Positions 14,448 to 27,199 of a stretch of DNA of 64,000 bases are shown here, in pieces; position 1 is the stretch's first letter, and the number at the start of each line of letters is the position of its first letter. The notes beneath the pieces are model-generated. The model did not search any database and was not told the DNA's origin. It was given only the letters and a program-made list of their open reading frames with translations. Position numbers and translations under genes: made by a program. Source of the stretch: Octopus vulgaris (Eukaryota); the NCBI GenBank assembly GCA_951406725.2, contig OX597820.1:42966001-43030000 (forward strand), given 5' to 3'.

Positions 14448-15279
14448 TTCCTTCAAGTCTTCCACAGGTTCCTTTTTCCCATTCCATCTATGTTATTAGA
14501 TTAGATTTGTTTTCTACGTTTGTTTAACCCCTCTAGAGGCTATATTTCGCCTACCAAATACGTTCGGTGGGCGTTTAATTTAATTTAAACAAACAGAACT
14601 TAACAAGATGGCGGAGCGCGTTTTGAAAGAGTTGAGAAAAAACAAAACAACCCTTCCCACGAATCTGGTGACTGCTAAAGATTTCCCTCCCACACCCTCC
14701 GTTATTGGCAACAATGCAGGTGAAGGGGAGGCGAAAAGCGAAGCTCTTACGGTAATAAGTCCACCTCATAGTAACAGCAGCATTAGCAATGAAAACAGCA
14801 GCTGCAATAGTGACAGCAGTCGCAGCAGCATTACTAGTAGTCGTAGCAAAAACAGCAACGAAAGATACAGCAACTGCAGCAGCAGTAGGGAAAGCAACAA
14901 CAGCAACAACGATATCAAAAGTGACAACAACAACAAAACCAATACCAACAGAATCGACAAGAACAACGACAGCAGCAACAACTGCAGCACAGCAGCAACA
15001 ACAGCAACATCAACAGCGAGAGCACGCCGCAGCAGTAGCGAAAGAGAAACAGCACTTTGTCTTGGCCCTCACAAATAGTGACAAGTTGCTAATGAAGGTA
15101 TGGAAACTAATTAAACAAGTATAAATATGGGCCAATCTAACTATTCTGTCAGAGGCAATAGTAGCTCTAGAGAGAAGAACGGTGGTTTTCAGACCAGTAG
15201 ATACGAAAGAGCGGCTTTGATATACTAAGTAGATATTGAGGCGGCGCTGAGGTGTATCAGAGATAACATCGAGTACATA

Positions 15280-15722
15280 ACTTCCTGGAAAATCGGTCGG
15301 AAACTTCATGGGCAGTTCCGAGGATTTCATGAAAAGTTCTGGGGTATCCCCAACTTCCTAGAAAACCGACCGGAAATTTCATGGAAAGTTCCGATGATTT
15401 CATGGAAAGTTCCGGGGATCCTCCAACTTCCTTGGAAGTTCCGAGGATTTCATGGAAATTTCCGGTGAATCCCCAACTTCATGGAAAATCGATCGGAAAA
15501 TTCATGGAAAATTCCGATGGTTTCATGGAAAGTTCCGATGATTTTCCTATTTCCTGGAAATTTGGTCAAAATCTTCCTGGAAAGGTCCGAGTATATTCTA
15601 ACTTCCTAGAAAGTTCCGAGGATTTTCTAACTTCCTGGAACATTGTTTGAATACTTCTTGATAACTTCCAACGAATTTCTAATTCAATGGAAAGTTGGTC
15701 GGAAACTTCCTGGAAGGTTCCA
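15280..15722. repeat. Degenerate ~21-bp-unit minisatellite (TTCATGGAAAGTTCCGAGGAT-like)
   Basis: Repeated AACTTCCTGGAAA / TTCATGGAAAGTTCC units. Confidence 0.85.
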
Positions 15723-15739
15723 ACGATGAGCATTCCTTG

Positions 15740-17750
15740 AAATTTACTTATTTTCTTCTCAAATGTGGTGGGTTCTTTCTATTGCACCAGCTTTCTCCCT
15801 TTTGTCAATTCTGCCTTAACAACTGTGTCACATCAGAGCACTGGAAAATTGCCAGTTTTATTCCCCTGTTCAAAACAGGTGATCGCACATCACCTGATGG
15901 CGGATCCGGTTTGTATGTTGCTTTTTTATCATCGAGGTGTGACGAACTTGGACGTTGACATTAGGGGGCGGATCTGTCTGTTTAGGGTTAATTTTTTGAG
16001 ACAGCACTGCCTCCGCGTAACGTAGCTTAATACTAACAATTTTGTGTTCGTCTGAATTTTTTTGTTGATAGATTTATCTCCGGGCATTGAGTTTTGTGGT
16101 GATTTTAAACTTATGAATTGTTCATTCTGTTTATGTTCGAAAAATAACCCAAAAAATTTTGTCATATTTTCGCTTCGTTTGTGACACCTGTTTTCATATG
16201 CGTGTATGTGTGTCCTGTAAATTTCACGTAACTGTGTTAACATTGGCATGTATGTGTGGTCCTATGGGTATTAAATTTTATATATAATTGTGTAGACATT
16301 CGGGTGTATGTGTAATTAATCAATTTACGTAATTTCTGTCTTGTTCCACTTATATTTTATAATTTGTAAAACTTTCGATGTTGATTTCGCATGTCGTTCG
16401 CACATGTTTCACTGAAACATTGGGCTTGAGAGAAACTGTGCTTTGGAGAGCGGTACAATTTCGTTTTTGTGATTATTTTCGTTAAAATCCGCAGCCTTAC
16501 TAGCTGCATCGACAAACTGAAGGAGTCCTGTATCAGGGAAACACTCTGGAACTTCTGGTGCTCTCACAGCCTTATTTATCCCTCACAATTTGGTTTTATC
16601 CCCATCTCCAGCTGCTGTAGCCGAGTTTCTTGAGGACATAACGTGAGTTATTGATGGCGGCTCATGGTTGGATACTGTCTACCCTGATTTTGCTAAAGCC
16701 TTCAATTCTGTAACACAAACGACTCATGGTAAAAATCCCTGCAGTGAGTGTGAAGGATGATCTCTATAACTGGTTGAAGTCCTTCATTCTCGGCCGGAAA
16801 GATGTAGTTACAGTTCTAGGACATCGTTCTTCACCCTACAAGATTACTTCTGGTGTACTACAGGGATCTGTTCTTGGACCCTTACTGTTGGTTGCATATA
16901 TTAATGATATAGATGCCAATTTGAGGAATGTTTCAATGCTGAAATATGCAGATGACACCAAGCTGTACCTTGAAATAAAAAGAACAGATCTTATCTTGCA
17001 ATCAGACCTGGATACAATGCAGCAGTGGACCTCTGACTGGCAACACAAGCTAGTTGTAGACAAGTGTGTCACCATGCATTTTGGGAGGAAAAATCCAGCC
17101 TTTACATACTCCCTCAGCAACACCAATCTCAAGAAGTCTTCTACTGGACATGATCTGGGTATTATTGTAAACAAGAATCTGCATTGGACAAACTACATAT
17201 CTAAGATTGTCAAAAAGCCCGAGGGGGTGCTAGCATCACTCAGTAAAACCTTTGTCAGCCACTCTCCAGCTATCTATTTAAAATTGTATATGACAATGGT
17301 ATGTCCACACACGGAATTTTCATCAACAGTCTGGAACCCCTCTCTTGCTCAGCATATAAATCTCCTGGAAACTGTTCAAAAATGTGCAACAAAGCGAATA
17401 CCCGCCGTCAGACATCTAACATACTCTGAACGTCTTGCATTCTGGGGCATGGATACATTGAAGCCCAGACGTCTGGCAACTGACTTGATTGATACCCACA
17501 AGGTTATCCACCATATTTCCAACAACAACCTTGGGTACCATTTTGAATTCCATATGACAAACACTCACGGACATGCTTATAAAATCAAAAAAACAACACA
17601 GCACCCATGACTTTCGGAAACAATTTTTTATGCTCAGAATTGCAGAAGCATGGAATAAACTACCTGCATCAGTTGTTAGCTGTCAAGACACTACACCCTT
17701 CAAAACTTCCATGTGTCCTGAAATCTGCCAACAGTACACCTAATGGCCAT
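15740..17750 (+). mobile_element. CR1/L2-type LINE ORF2 reverse transcriptase, 5'-truncated, interrupted at 15895-16492
   Basis: WKIASFIPLFKTGDR..|SLTSCI, DFAKAFNSV, SGVLQGSVLGPLL, YADDTKLY, DLGI, VWNP, LLETVQKCATK motifs (ORF 16726-17610). Confidence 0.92.
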
Positions 17751-17811
17751 TTTTTCTTTTTAGTTGTAGAGCACCTGAGCACTGTATACAACGGTTTCCT
17801 TCATCATTATA

Positions 17812-17843
<32 letters not shown>

Positions 17844-18241
17844 TGTGTTGACTTTCCGTGCAACATTTTATGGCTGTTAGTCAATGTAATGCCACACACT
17901 CACTTCTGTTCCCACTCAGTGGTACCCTACACAGTGTTCAATATTTGGTGCAAGACTGTCTCTCTTTCCTATCTATTTCTCTGTCTTTCTCTTCCCCCCT
18001 CTCTCTACCTCTCTACCTATCTGCTGCTTTTCTCTCTTTACTGCTTTCCATTTCTTCCTCTGTCCATCTGTCAACTACCTACCGTCTATCTTTATTCCCT
18101 TATTTCTCCGCACTCTCTCTTTCTTCCTACTTGCTCTTCTCTAACCTTCTCTACTATCTTTCTTCACATTTTTGGTACCAAAAGACAATCCAATTTTTTA
18201 TCACTCATCGTTTTTCTACTTGACCAGAGCACAGGTAAGAC

Positions 18242-18430
18242 ACCATCGTTTAATGTACATTTCCCATGCTGGAATAGGCTGAGTGGCTGGACTGGGGCCT
18301 GGGAAGCCAGGAGGCTGCACCAGGCTCCAGTCTGATCTTGCAGTGTTTCTACAGCTGGATGCCCTTCGTAACGCCAACCAATCTGAGAGTGTAGTGGGTG
18401 CTGTTTTTACGTGCCACCGGCACAGGGGCC
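18242..18430 (-). mobile_element. SINE-like 3' fragment (GGTTGGCGTTACGAAGGGCATCCAGCTGTAGAAAC family)
   Basis: Reverse complement of the 3' part of 19382-19825. Confidence 0.7.
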
Positions 18431-18769
18431 AATTTCCTGCCTAGTACTCATTTCGGATCCCCAGTTTATCTTTTCACTTCTTATTCTTTCCTTCTAACTT
18501 CCTTCCTTCTACCCCATATCTCTCTCCTTCTCCTGAGCCTTCTCATTGTACCTTTGGAACACAAGTACTACTATTTTCTTCCTTTTTTTGTAAGTTTCTG
18601 TCATGTAGTGTCCCACATTTTGAAATACTTGCAATTTGTATTTTTACTGCTTATTTTAGCTCTGCTTGATACATTTCCAAAATTAAACATTTTAATATGC
18701 AAAATATACTTCACATTATTATATATACTATGCATTAATGCAAAAAATATTGTGTGTATTGGCTATCTT

Positions 18770-19241
18770 AAAAATGATCACACCATCAATGTAAAATTTC
18801 AATACCAACTTCCTAAGGCAGTTATGAAAGGCTATCAAGACCAAACACCCAGAAAACTGATGAATGGGGTCCTGTTTCATTAGGACAATGCTTCAGCACA
18901 CAAGTCCTTGGTTTCAATGGCTGCTGTGTGTGACTGGCTTTGAACTGGTTGATCATCCTCCCTATGTTAGTGATTTGGTTCCTTCTGGTTATCATCAGTT
19001 TTCAACATAGAAAAACACTCAGCTGAGCACCAGTATCACTATGATGAGAACATCTTATCTGTTGTTGATGACCATTTTGATCAACAGAAAAGCTTCTTCA
19101 CCTGTGCGACCCAAGCACCGCATCTACTAATGGAAGTGTGTGGACAGTAAGAGGAACTATGTAGAGAAAATAAACTTGATTTGGTTACATTCCATTGAGA
19201 GTGTCTTGGTCAGCTTATGAACAATTTAGCCGACCCTCATA
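18770..19241 (+). mobile_element. mariner transposase 3' fossil with right terminus
   Basis: VLFH*DNASAHKS...FELVDHPPYVSDLVPS (decayed DNA..H / YSPDLAP motifs); ends GACCCTCATA. Confidence 0.8.
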
Positions 19242-19381
19242 ATTATAAAAATTATTATTATACCTGCATTTGTTTTAATGTTAACATTGGAAAAATCCAC
19301 ATTTTTCATTAAAAAATTAGGACCTGGGTTTGCACCCCCTTAGTAAATTTTGTTGCTGGGCTACTGTGTGTGTATGTATGT

Positions 19382-19825
19382 GTGGCCGATGACAGTACCG
19401 CCTGTTTGGCACTCGAGCCAGTGGAACGTTACATGCACATCTTAGCGTGATTGTTGCCAGGGCCACTGCTTGGCTCCCGTGCCGGTGGCACGTAAAAAGT
19501 GCCATTCGAGCGTGATCATTGCCAGCGACACCTTACCGGCACATGTCCCGTTGGCACGAGAAAAACTACATTCGAGCGTAGTCGTTGCCACTGGCTCCCA
19601 TGCAGGTAGCACGTAAAAAATACCTTTTGAGCGTGGTCGTTGCCAGAACCGCCTGACTACACTGACTAGCACCCACTACACTCTCGGAATGATGGGCAAT
19701 AGGAAGGGCACCCAGCTGTAGAAACTTTACCAGCTCAGACTGAGCCTGGTGCAGCCTTCTGGCTTACCAGTCCTCAGTCAAACAGTCGGCATGGAAAGCG
19801 GACGTTAAATGACGATGATGCTAAT
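19382..19825 (+). mobile_element. SINE-like element with internal ~60-70-bp tandem units and (GAT)n tail
   Basis: About four GTGCC.GTGGCACGTAAAAA..CATTCGAGCGTG.TCGTTGCCA units, then AGGAAGGGCACCCAGCTGTAGAAAC and GGACGTTAAATGACGATGATG. Confidence 0.7.
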
Positions 19826-20515
19826 GATTATTCATGCATATATGCGTGAGTGTGTATGTGCATATGTGTATAGGTATATATGTGCGTGTGTGTGTGAATG
19901 TATGTGTGAGCTTGTGTGTAACTTAGTACGTACATACACTAATGTAAATATAATTATATAAAGAAATTTACAATATATATACTTAGACGAATAGGTAAAA
20001 AGATATGTATAAATATATACACATGCGCACACATGTGTATATATACAAACTTCTCATATCATTCATTCTTCCCGTGTGTATAGGTGTTTTTTGTGTGAGT
20101 GTGTATGTGCATATGTACCTCTGTGTGTGTACATGTATGTGTGTTGGTCCAGATCGAATATTTGTCCTTCCCAGTTCCTCGACAAAATTCTCATATTGGA
20201 ATGTTTGAGAATAATATTTCAACGTTAGAACACTACCACACCATTTTTCTTTTCTGCCCATATTTAATACATTAAATTCCTAGTATATTTTTTTCTAGTG
20301 ACAGTTTCGAAAATATTTCTGTATAGCACACAGATATTTTCATATAGATATAGGATCTCTCTCTCCCTCCCCCCTCTCTCTCTCTTTCTCTCTCTCTCAC
20401 TCTCTCTCTCACTCTCTCTCTGTCTCTCTCTCCCTCACACACATACGCACCCGCGCACACACAAAAATCATACACACACAAACACACACATATATATACT
20501 CATAAATATATATAT

Positions 20516-20591
<76 letters not shown>

Positions 20592-20661
20592 ATACATATA
20601 TGTATATATATATACATATATTTACATATAATATATATATATATGTAATACATATATGAAT

Positions 20662-20724
<63 letters not shown>

Positions 20725-21270
20725 TCTATATAGGGATTCATCTCTATCTGTCTATCAGTCCAGAGATGTATCTATTCTTCAAACTCTATACATACACGGT
20801 ATACGCACACACATACACATATGCATTTGGTTGTGTGTGTGTGTATATATACATGCATATATATAATTTATATATATATATTTATATTTATATATATATA
20901 TGCATACAGATATATGTATATATGTATATATATATATATAGGATGGTACCTGTCTATACTTTTATCTTCATTTCTCTGCTTTTGTTTCTTTCCAATTTAC
21001 TCGCTTCTCCTTTACCTTCTTTTCACGTTGGCAGTTTTGCTTCGGGTTATTGCTTATCTCATTCCATTCGCTTTATTTCATCTCCAGGTTTGTTTATCTG
21101 CTTTTTTTTTTGTTCATGTTGTCATGCTTTTTTTTTTGTTTTCGGTTTTTATTATCTTTCCTTTCTCCCCTTTTTTTACACTACATCACCATCTTTCTTC
21201 TACCATTTTTTTTTTAGTGTTATCATTATCCTATTTCTTTATTCTTCACCTTTTTTCTGGTATTATACAT

Positions 21271-21308
<38 letters not shown>

Positions 21309-21344
21309 TCATGCATATCTGTATCTATCTATCTATATCTATCA

Positions 21345-21389
<45 letters not shown>

Positions 21390-21558
21390 CCTATCTATCT
21401 GTCTGTCTATCTATCTATCTATCTAACTATCTAGCTATCAGTCTCTCTATGTATATATATATATACATCATATATATACATATATATATACAGAGAGAGA
21501 CTGATAGCTAGACAGTCAGATAGACAGATAGATAGATAGACAGACAGACATATAGATA

Positions 21559-21638
<80 letters not shown>

Positions 21639-21997
21639 AGTGCGTGTATTTACGTTCTTTTGGGGGTTTTTTTCAATTGTTAGGGGTGTGGTAATGATGC
21701 TAGAGATGGTGGATGCTGGGTATTTACATTACTCATGGAATGGCGGTTCTGATAATGCTGTTGGGACATACAGAATATCCTCCTCGACTCAACATTAAAG
21801 TCTTCTACATTCTCCATTTCTTTTTATTTATTTATTTGTATTATTTCATTTATTTATCTATTGCATTGCATTCGTTGCTGTCTCACATTAAGCAGTGGCA
21901 AAACAATAGATTGCTTTCTGTTTAACTAGGACACAATACATTTTATGTTATCTTTTCATTTACTTTTTTCCCTTCTCTCCATTTCCAGCTTTCTTAC

Positions 21998-22057
21998 CTT
22001 CATACCTTGCTTCACTTCGGCTCCCGTCGACGTTCTCGCTCTGACACTCACGTCTGC
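21998..22057 (-). CDS. Candidate 60-nt internal exon (ADVSVRARTSTGAEVKQGMK in phase 0)
   Basis: Non-repetitive sequence bounded by TTTTCAG| and AAG|GTAAGA; length is a multiple of 3; no recognised homology. Confidence 0.3.
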
Positions 22058-22255
22058 CTGAAAATAATTCCTTTATGCAATATCTTCTACATTTTTTAAT
22101 GACTGTTTTTCTTCCTTACAACTAAATGATGTCCATAGAAGTAACAGAGTATATTACACATATATATATATGATATATATGTGTATATATGATATATGGA
22201 TATATAATTCATGTATATTAGATGCATATACATAAATGCATATGTGAGTGTGTAA

Positions 22256-22289
<34 letters not shown>

Positions 22290-22313
22290 ATACGTATATA
22301 TAAATATATATAT

Positions 22314-22358
<45 letters not shown>

Positions 22359-22561
22359 AAGATTGATAGGTATACATATGCATATATATATATACGAGGA
22401 GAGAAACAGTGAGATAGACGATTATAGTGAAAAAGGCAGAGAGAGTGCTCGATATATATATATTGATACATAGTTAAATGACCGTATAGGCGCACATATG
22501 CACATATCTATATACATACATTGACACACACATACTTTGATACTTTGATACTTTGATACAC

Positions 22562-22686
<125 letters not shown>

Positions 22687-22732
22687 TAGAACTATATATA
22701 TATGTATACATATATATAAATATATATATATA

Positions 22733-22778
<46 letters not shown>

Positions 22779-23089
22779 TATATACGTATATATACATATA
22801 TAAATATATATATATATATATATAACTATATATATATATATTGTGTGTGTGTGTGTGTGTGTGTGTATTAATACATGTATGTATGTATATACTTCTGTAG
22901 GTATTTGCCTCTCTCCTCCTGGCTCTCATTCTCCGTATGTGTGTCTCTTTTCTATTATTTTTTGAATGACAGATCTTTTCCAGTGGTCTATAATGCTTAA
23001 ATAAATCAATATAGACAGCGGCTGTGACAACCAGAACGATTAGAAAACATGATTATTGACTTTGATTATCGTATTATCATCATTATTAC

Positions 23090-23138
<49 letters not shown>

Positions 23139-23194
23139 ATTATTATTGGTGGTGGTTGTGGTGATAGTAGTAGTAGTAGTAGTAGTAGTAGTAA

Positions 23195-23227
<33 letters not shown>

Positions 23228-23284
23228 CCGCAGCAGCAGCAGCTGCAGTAGTATTAGTATTAGTAGTAGTAGTAGTAGTAGTAA

Positions 23285-23317
<33 letters not shown>

Positions 23318-23511
23318 CATCTATTTCAATAGTTGCATGCAGTGTTTCTACCGCATCAACATGTGCATCTCGTGATTGCTGATGCATTTTCTTTCATGGA
23401 TATAGAATTGAGTCGGAACACTTCTTCAATTTTGCTTGCTTGTGGTTCTTTTTGTTTTTATTATCATTCTGCTGTTTTAGGGCTTCGTCTCTTGCACTGA
23501 TTATATACAAG

Positions 23512-23617
23512 ATGAGATATATTATTTCGTTGCATGTCTGCTGCGTAATGTACGTGCTTTTTGCACATTGCTTCCATGCGGCCTGCAAAATCTTTGGTCC
23601 CTTCACTCGCACCAAAA
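23512..23617 (+). CDS. Candidate first coding exon with signal-peptide-like N-terminus (exon 23481-23617)
   Basis: Acceptor TTCTGCTGTTTTAG|, ATG at 23512, MRYIISLHVCCVMYVLFAHCFHAACKIFGPFTRTK, phase-1 donor A|GTGAGT. Confidence 0.4.
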
Positions 23618-24061
23618 GTGAGTGAGGATTACATTCAACCAAAAATTGTTATCAAAAGCGCCTGTCTTCTGAGGTAAAGCTCAACTACATCGATAGTCTT
23701 CTCTACGGACACGTATACATAGATGGTGAGGTTTTATCAAGAATAGTCAAAGGAAGCTAGCTCAGTATTTGAAAGAAGCCCTTATTTTCTGGATGTTAAA
23801 CGTATCAATACCGTCAGCTCTGTTTATGACAGTTGTAAAAGCGTATTTATCTCAAAGGGTGTGGATATGAAACATGGACAGCCGACTACCGTGTCACGCT
23901 AACTGCATACGTCTTCACACTGTTTCATACTTGTTATGTTGCACAAGTAATATATATAATGAGCGAAACTTTCATTAATTGTTTTAAAAGAGCCAAATTC
24001 GCTGCGCCGATCATATATGAACAATATTGTCATACATTGTTTGTGTGGAAAAACGTCGTAT

Positions 24062-24276
24062 CGGTTTCAAATTTTGGCAGAAGGTCAGCAGTTTAGGGAA
24101 AGGGGTAAGTCGATTATATCAACCATGGTATTCAACTGATACTTACGTTACCGACCCCGAAAGGATGAGAGGCAAGGTCGAACTTGGTGGAATTTGAACT
24201 AAGAACGTAAGGACAGACGAAATGACACTGCGCATTTTGCTCGATGCAGTAACGATTTTACTAGCTCACCGCCTTC
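24062..24276 (-). mobile_element. tRNA-derived SINE, second family (head AAGGCGGTGAGCTAG..., GTTCAAATTCC B-box)
   Basis: A further partial copy at ~24490-24640 and older relics at ~7550-8110. Confidence 0.7.
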
Positions 24277-24713
24277 GTCGGAAATTACTATAGTGAAACT
24301 GTGAAATGTTTGAAGGAAACACACATATACGAGGCGGAAGCCGAATATGAGTTCTGTAAATCTTCCTACACTGTATCACTATTTCTAGTGCAGAAATGCT
24401 CAAATCAGCCGTCATTAGATATATGAGGCATAAGCAATCGTGTAACCGAATAGGTTAATTTAATGATCATGGATAGAGAAACAAAATATTGGTTTCAGAT
24501 TTTGGCACAAGGCCACCAATTTCGAGGGAAGAAATAAGTTGGTTACACTGACCGCAGTAATCGACTTGTATTTATTTTATCGAACCCCAAAACATGAAAT
24601 GCAAGTTGAACTCGGTGGAAATTGAACTTAGAACGTAAGTGGATATTTAAGGATATTGACGACCAAATAATTATAGGAAATATATCCTATTATTTAGCAA
24701 ACAATCTGCTGTT

Positions 24714-25906
24714 GGCATAGGCGTAGCTGTGTGGTAAGAAGCTTGCTTCCGCGCATGTGTCGGGTTATTTGCTGTCTGGATTTTGTAAAAGTCGGACGTA
24801 GTTTTTAGTGTTGCTTAGATGTACTCAAACCTTGACGGGTCTGAGTTGTTGCCCTCGGAAGAGGAGCTGGTAAGAGCTGTCATAATGATGGACAGAGTGT
24901 TGAAGACAAGGAGTTTTGCTGAAGCCACGAAGGTGAAGCGAAGGGTGCTGGACTTGGCTGGTCTGAAGGAGTACGAGGGGATGGCTCAGAAAGTGGGCGA
25001 CGACGTGAAGCTGTCGCTCTCCAAAAGAATTATGGAGATGATGGAGAAGAAAACGATCACATATAAGGAGTACTCGTTGAAAGGAAAAAAGCAGAACAGG
25101 TGGAGGCACAAGTGGAAAAGGCGCTGAGGGGACGAACAAAGGAGAAACGCACATAACCAAAGGGAGAAGATATGGGACAATTGTCGTCCAATTTAGGTTA
25201 GTAGAAGAGGCGAGGAGGCTGGCGGGCGTGGCGGTGAAAACGGCGGAAGTAGTAATTCTGCCCACATACCTTGGGAGAAAGACTTCCAAGGTGAGGATAG
25301 AAGCAATACCACCGGATATAGAAGTGGCTTGGGTAGCGGCAGCTGTCCTTGCTGGAAGCAAGAAGGTGGGTGTCCTCCAAGCCATAGAAACGGAAGGAGG
25401 GTGGAAAGGAAGGATACTTGAACTCATTATTCAGGCGGAGGCGGGTCAATTGGACTGCCCTCAGGACAGTATGCACATTAGAGCATTCCTAAGGACAATG
25501 ACTGAGGAAACAGTTGTGGAGGCGGAAGGGAAAAAGAGGAAGAAAAGACAGAAGGAGGAAAGCAGGAAAAGAAGGAAGAATGGAAAGTTACAGAGAGCAG
25601 GAGAAAAAGAAAAAAAAAAGAAAAATCACTATGATGAGATACTTCAGTCCAACTCATTTTCAGATATCATTCATGTTATCATATTTTAATTTGATTTTCA
25701 TGTTCATTTTCATGTGTCATTCATTATATCATATTTTATTTTTATATTTTTAATTGTCCCCACATGTGTTGTAGTGTCCCTCTCTGTGTAATGCCTTTGT
25801 GGCAATTTAAAAGGAATAAAGATTCAGTCTCACAGCGTTGCAACTTAGTTAAGTGTATTCTACTAGAGCTCCGGGCCGATCAAAAACCTATGAGTTGATT
25901 TGGTAG

Positions 25907-25908
<2 letters not shown>
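24714..25908 (+). mobile_element. tRNA-head SINE split by an inserted LINE remnant (head 24714-24750, remainder 25823-25908)
   Basis: Both parts align colinearly with the intact copy at 26530. Confidence 0.75.
24751..25822 (+). mobile_element. Internally deleted L1/Tx1-like LINE (ORF1-like part and 3' UTR ending in AATAAA)
   Basis: GA-rich ORFs 24819-25127 and 25228-25689 (VVQF...ILPTYLGRKTSKVRIEAIPPDI, RRM-like ORF1), T-rich tail, AATAAA; family assignment is inferred. Confidence 0.55.
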
Positions 25909-25998
<90 letters not shown>

Positions 25999-26092
25999 AA
26001 ATTAATTAAGGGTAGAAATTGATGTTTATCAATTAAGACCAGTGGTCTAGCATATTAAAAAAGAATCCGAAGATTAAAATATTTATATATTT

Positions 26093-26301
26093 ATATATAC
26101 CAATTAAGTGACTGAACACGAAAAGTGGACAGTCAACATGCTAGATATAGACGTCAAATCGCCATTCACCACAAAAGATTATGTTCTCAGATCAAACTCA
26201 AACTGAGTTTGATCTGAGAACATAATCTTTTGTGGTGAATGGCGATTTGACGTCTATATCTAGCATGTTGACTGTCCACTTTTCGTGTTCAGTCCTTAAT
26301 T

Positions 26302-26310
<9 letters not shown>
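26093..26310. repeat. Near-perfect palindrome, ~108-bp arms, 3-nt spacer
   Basis: ...TCTCAGATCAAACTCA AAC TGAGTTTGATCTGAGA...; only one 1-nt indel seen between the arms. Confidence 0.95.
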
Positions 26311-26377
<67 letters not shown>

Positions 26378-26529
26378 TATATACTTACAATTTAAAAATG
26401 GGATAAAAATCTTTATAAGAATTCCCTCATATTCGGTACTATGTGTTTATCTATTTTTGTAGTTTTGACTTTAAAAGTCCCTCCTAGTTTGAGGCATTTA
26501 TATATAGTAATGCCCTATGTTAAAGTATA

Positions 26530-26694
26530 GGCGCAGGAGTGGCTGTGTGGTAAGTAGCTTGCTAACCAACCACATGGTTGCGGGCTCAGTCCCACTGAGT
26601 GGCATCTTGGGCGAGTGTCTTCTGCTATAGCCCCGGGCCGACCAATGCCTTGTAAGTGTATTTGGTAGACGGAAACTGAAAGAAGCCTGTCGCA

Positions 26695-26739
<45 letters not shown>

Positions 26740-26952
26740 ATGTGTGTGTTTTTGTGTCTGTGTTTGTCCCCCTAGCATTGCTTGACAACCGATGCTGGTG
26801 TGTTTACGTCCTCGTCACTTAGCGGTTCGGCAAAAGAGACCGATAGAATAAGTACTGGACTTACAAAAGAATAAGTCCCGGGGTCGATTTGCTCGACTAA
26901 AGGCGGTGCTTCAGCATGACCGCAGTCAAATGACTGAAACAAGTAAAAGAAT
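26530..26952 (+). mobile_element. Full-length tRNA-derived SINE with internal (TA)n/(TG)n
   Basis: GGCGCAGGAGTGGCTGTGTGGTAAG..GGG.TCAGTCCC head, AAGTAAAAGA tail; several close copies in the window. Confidence 0.9.
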
Positions 26953-26967
26953 AACAGAAAGAAAGAA

Positions 26968-27033
<66 letters not shown>

Positions 27034-27199
27034 GGGGAGAAATTAAAGTTGAAAATGATACACCGAGAATAGTTAAAATATTTGTTATTAATATGTTTAA
27101 AGCTCTCACAGTTTTACACTGATTTTCAAAAATTTGTCTTGTGTTTCGATCTTGACCTATATTTATAGGGACTTCATGGCTCAAGTTGGTAAGTGTTTT

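Noticed and set aside
19420-19650. Repeat/spacer-like units resembling a CRISPR array
   Set aside because: Degenerate tandem units inside a eukaryotic SINE-like element; no unique spacers or cas genes
26530-26605. tRNA gene
   Set aside because: SINE head that continues into the SINE body in several copies; no complete cloverleaf
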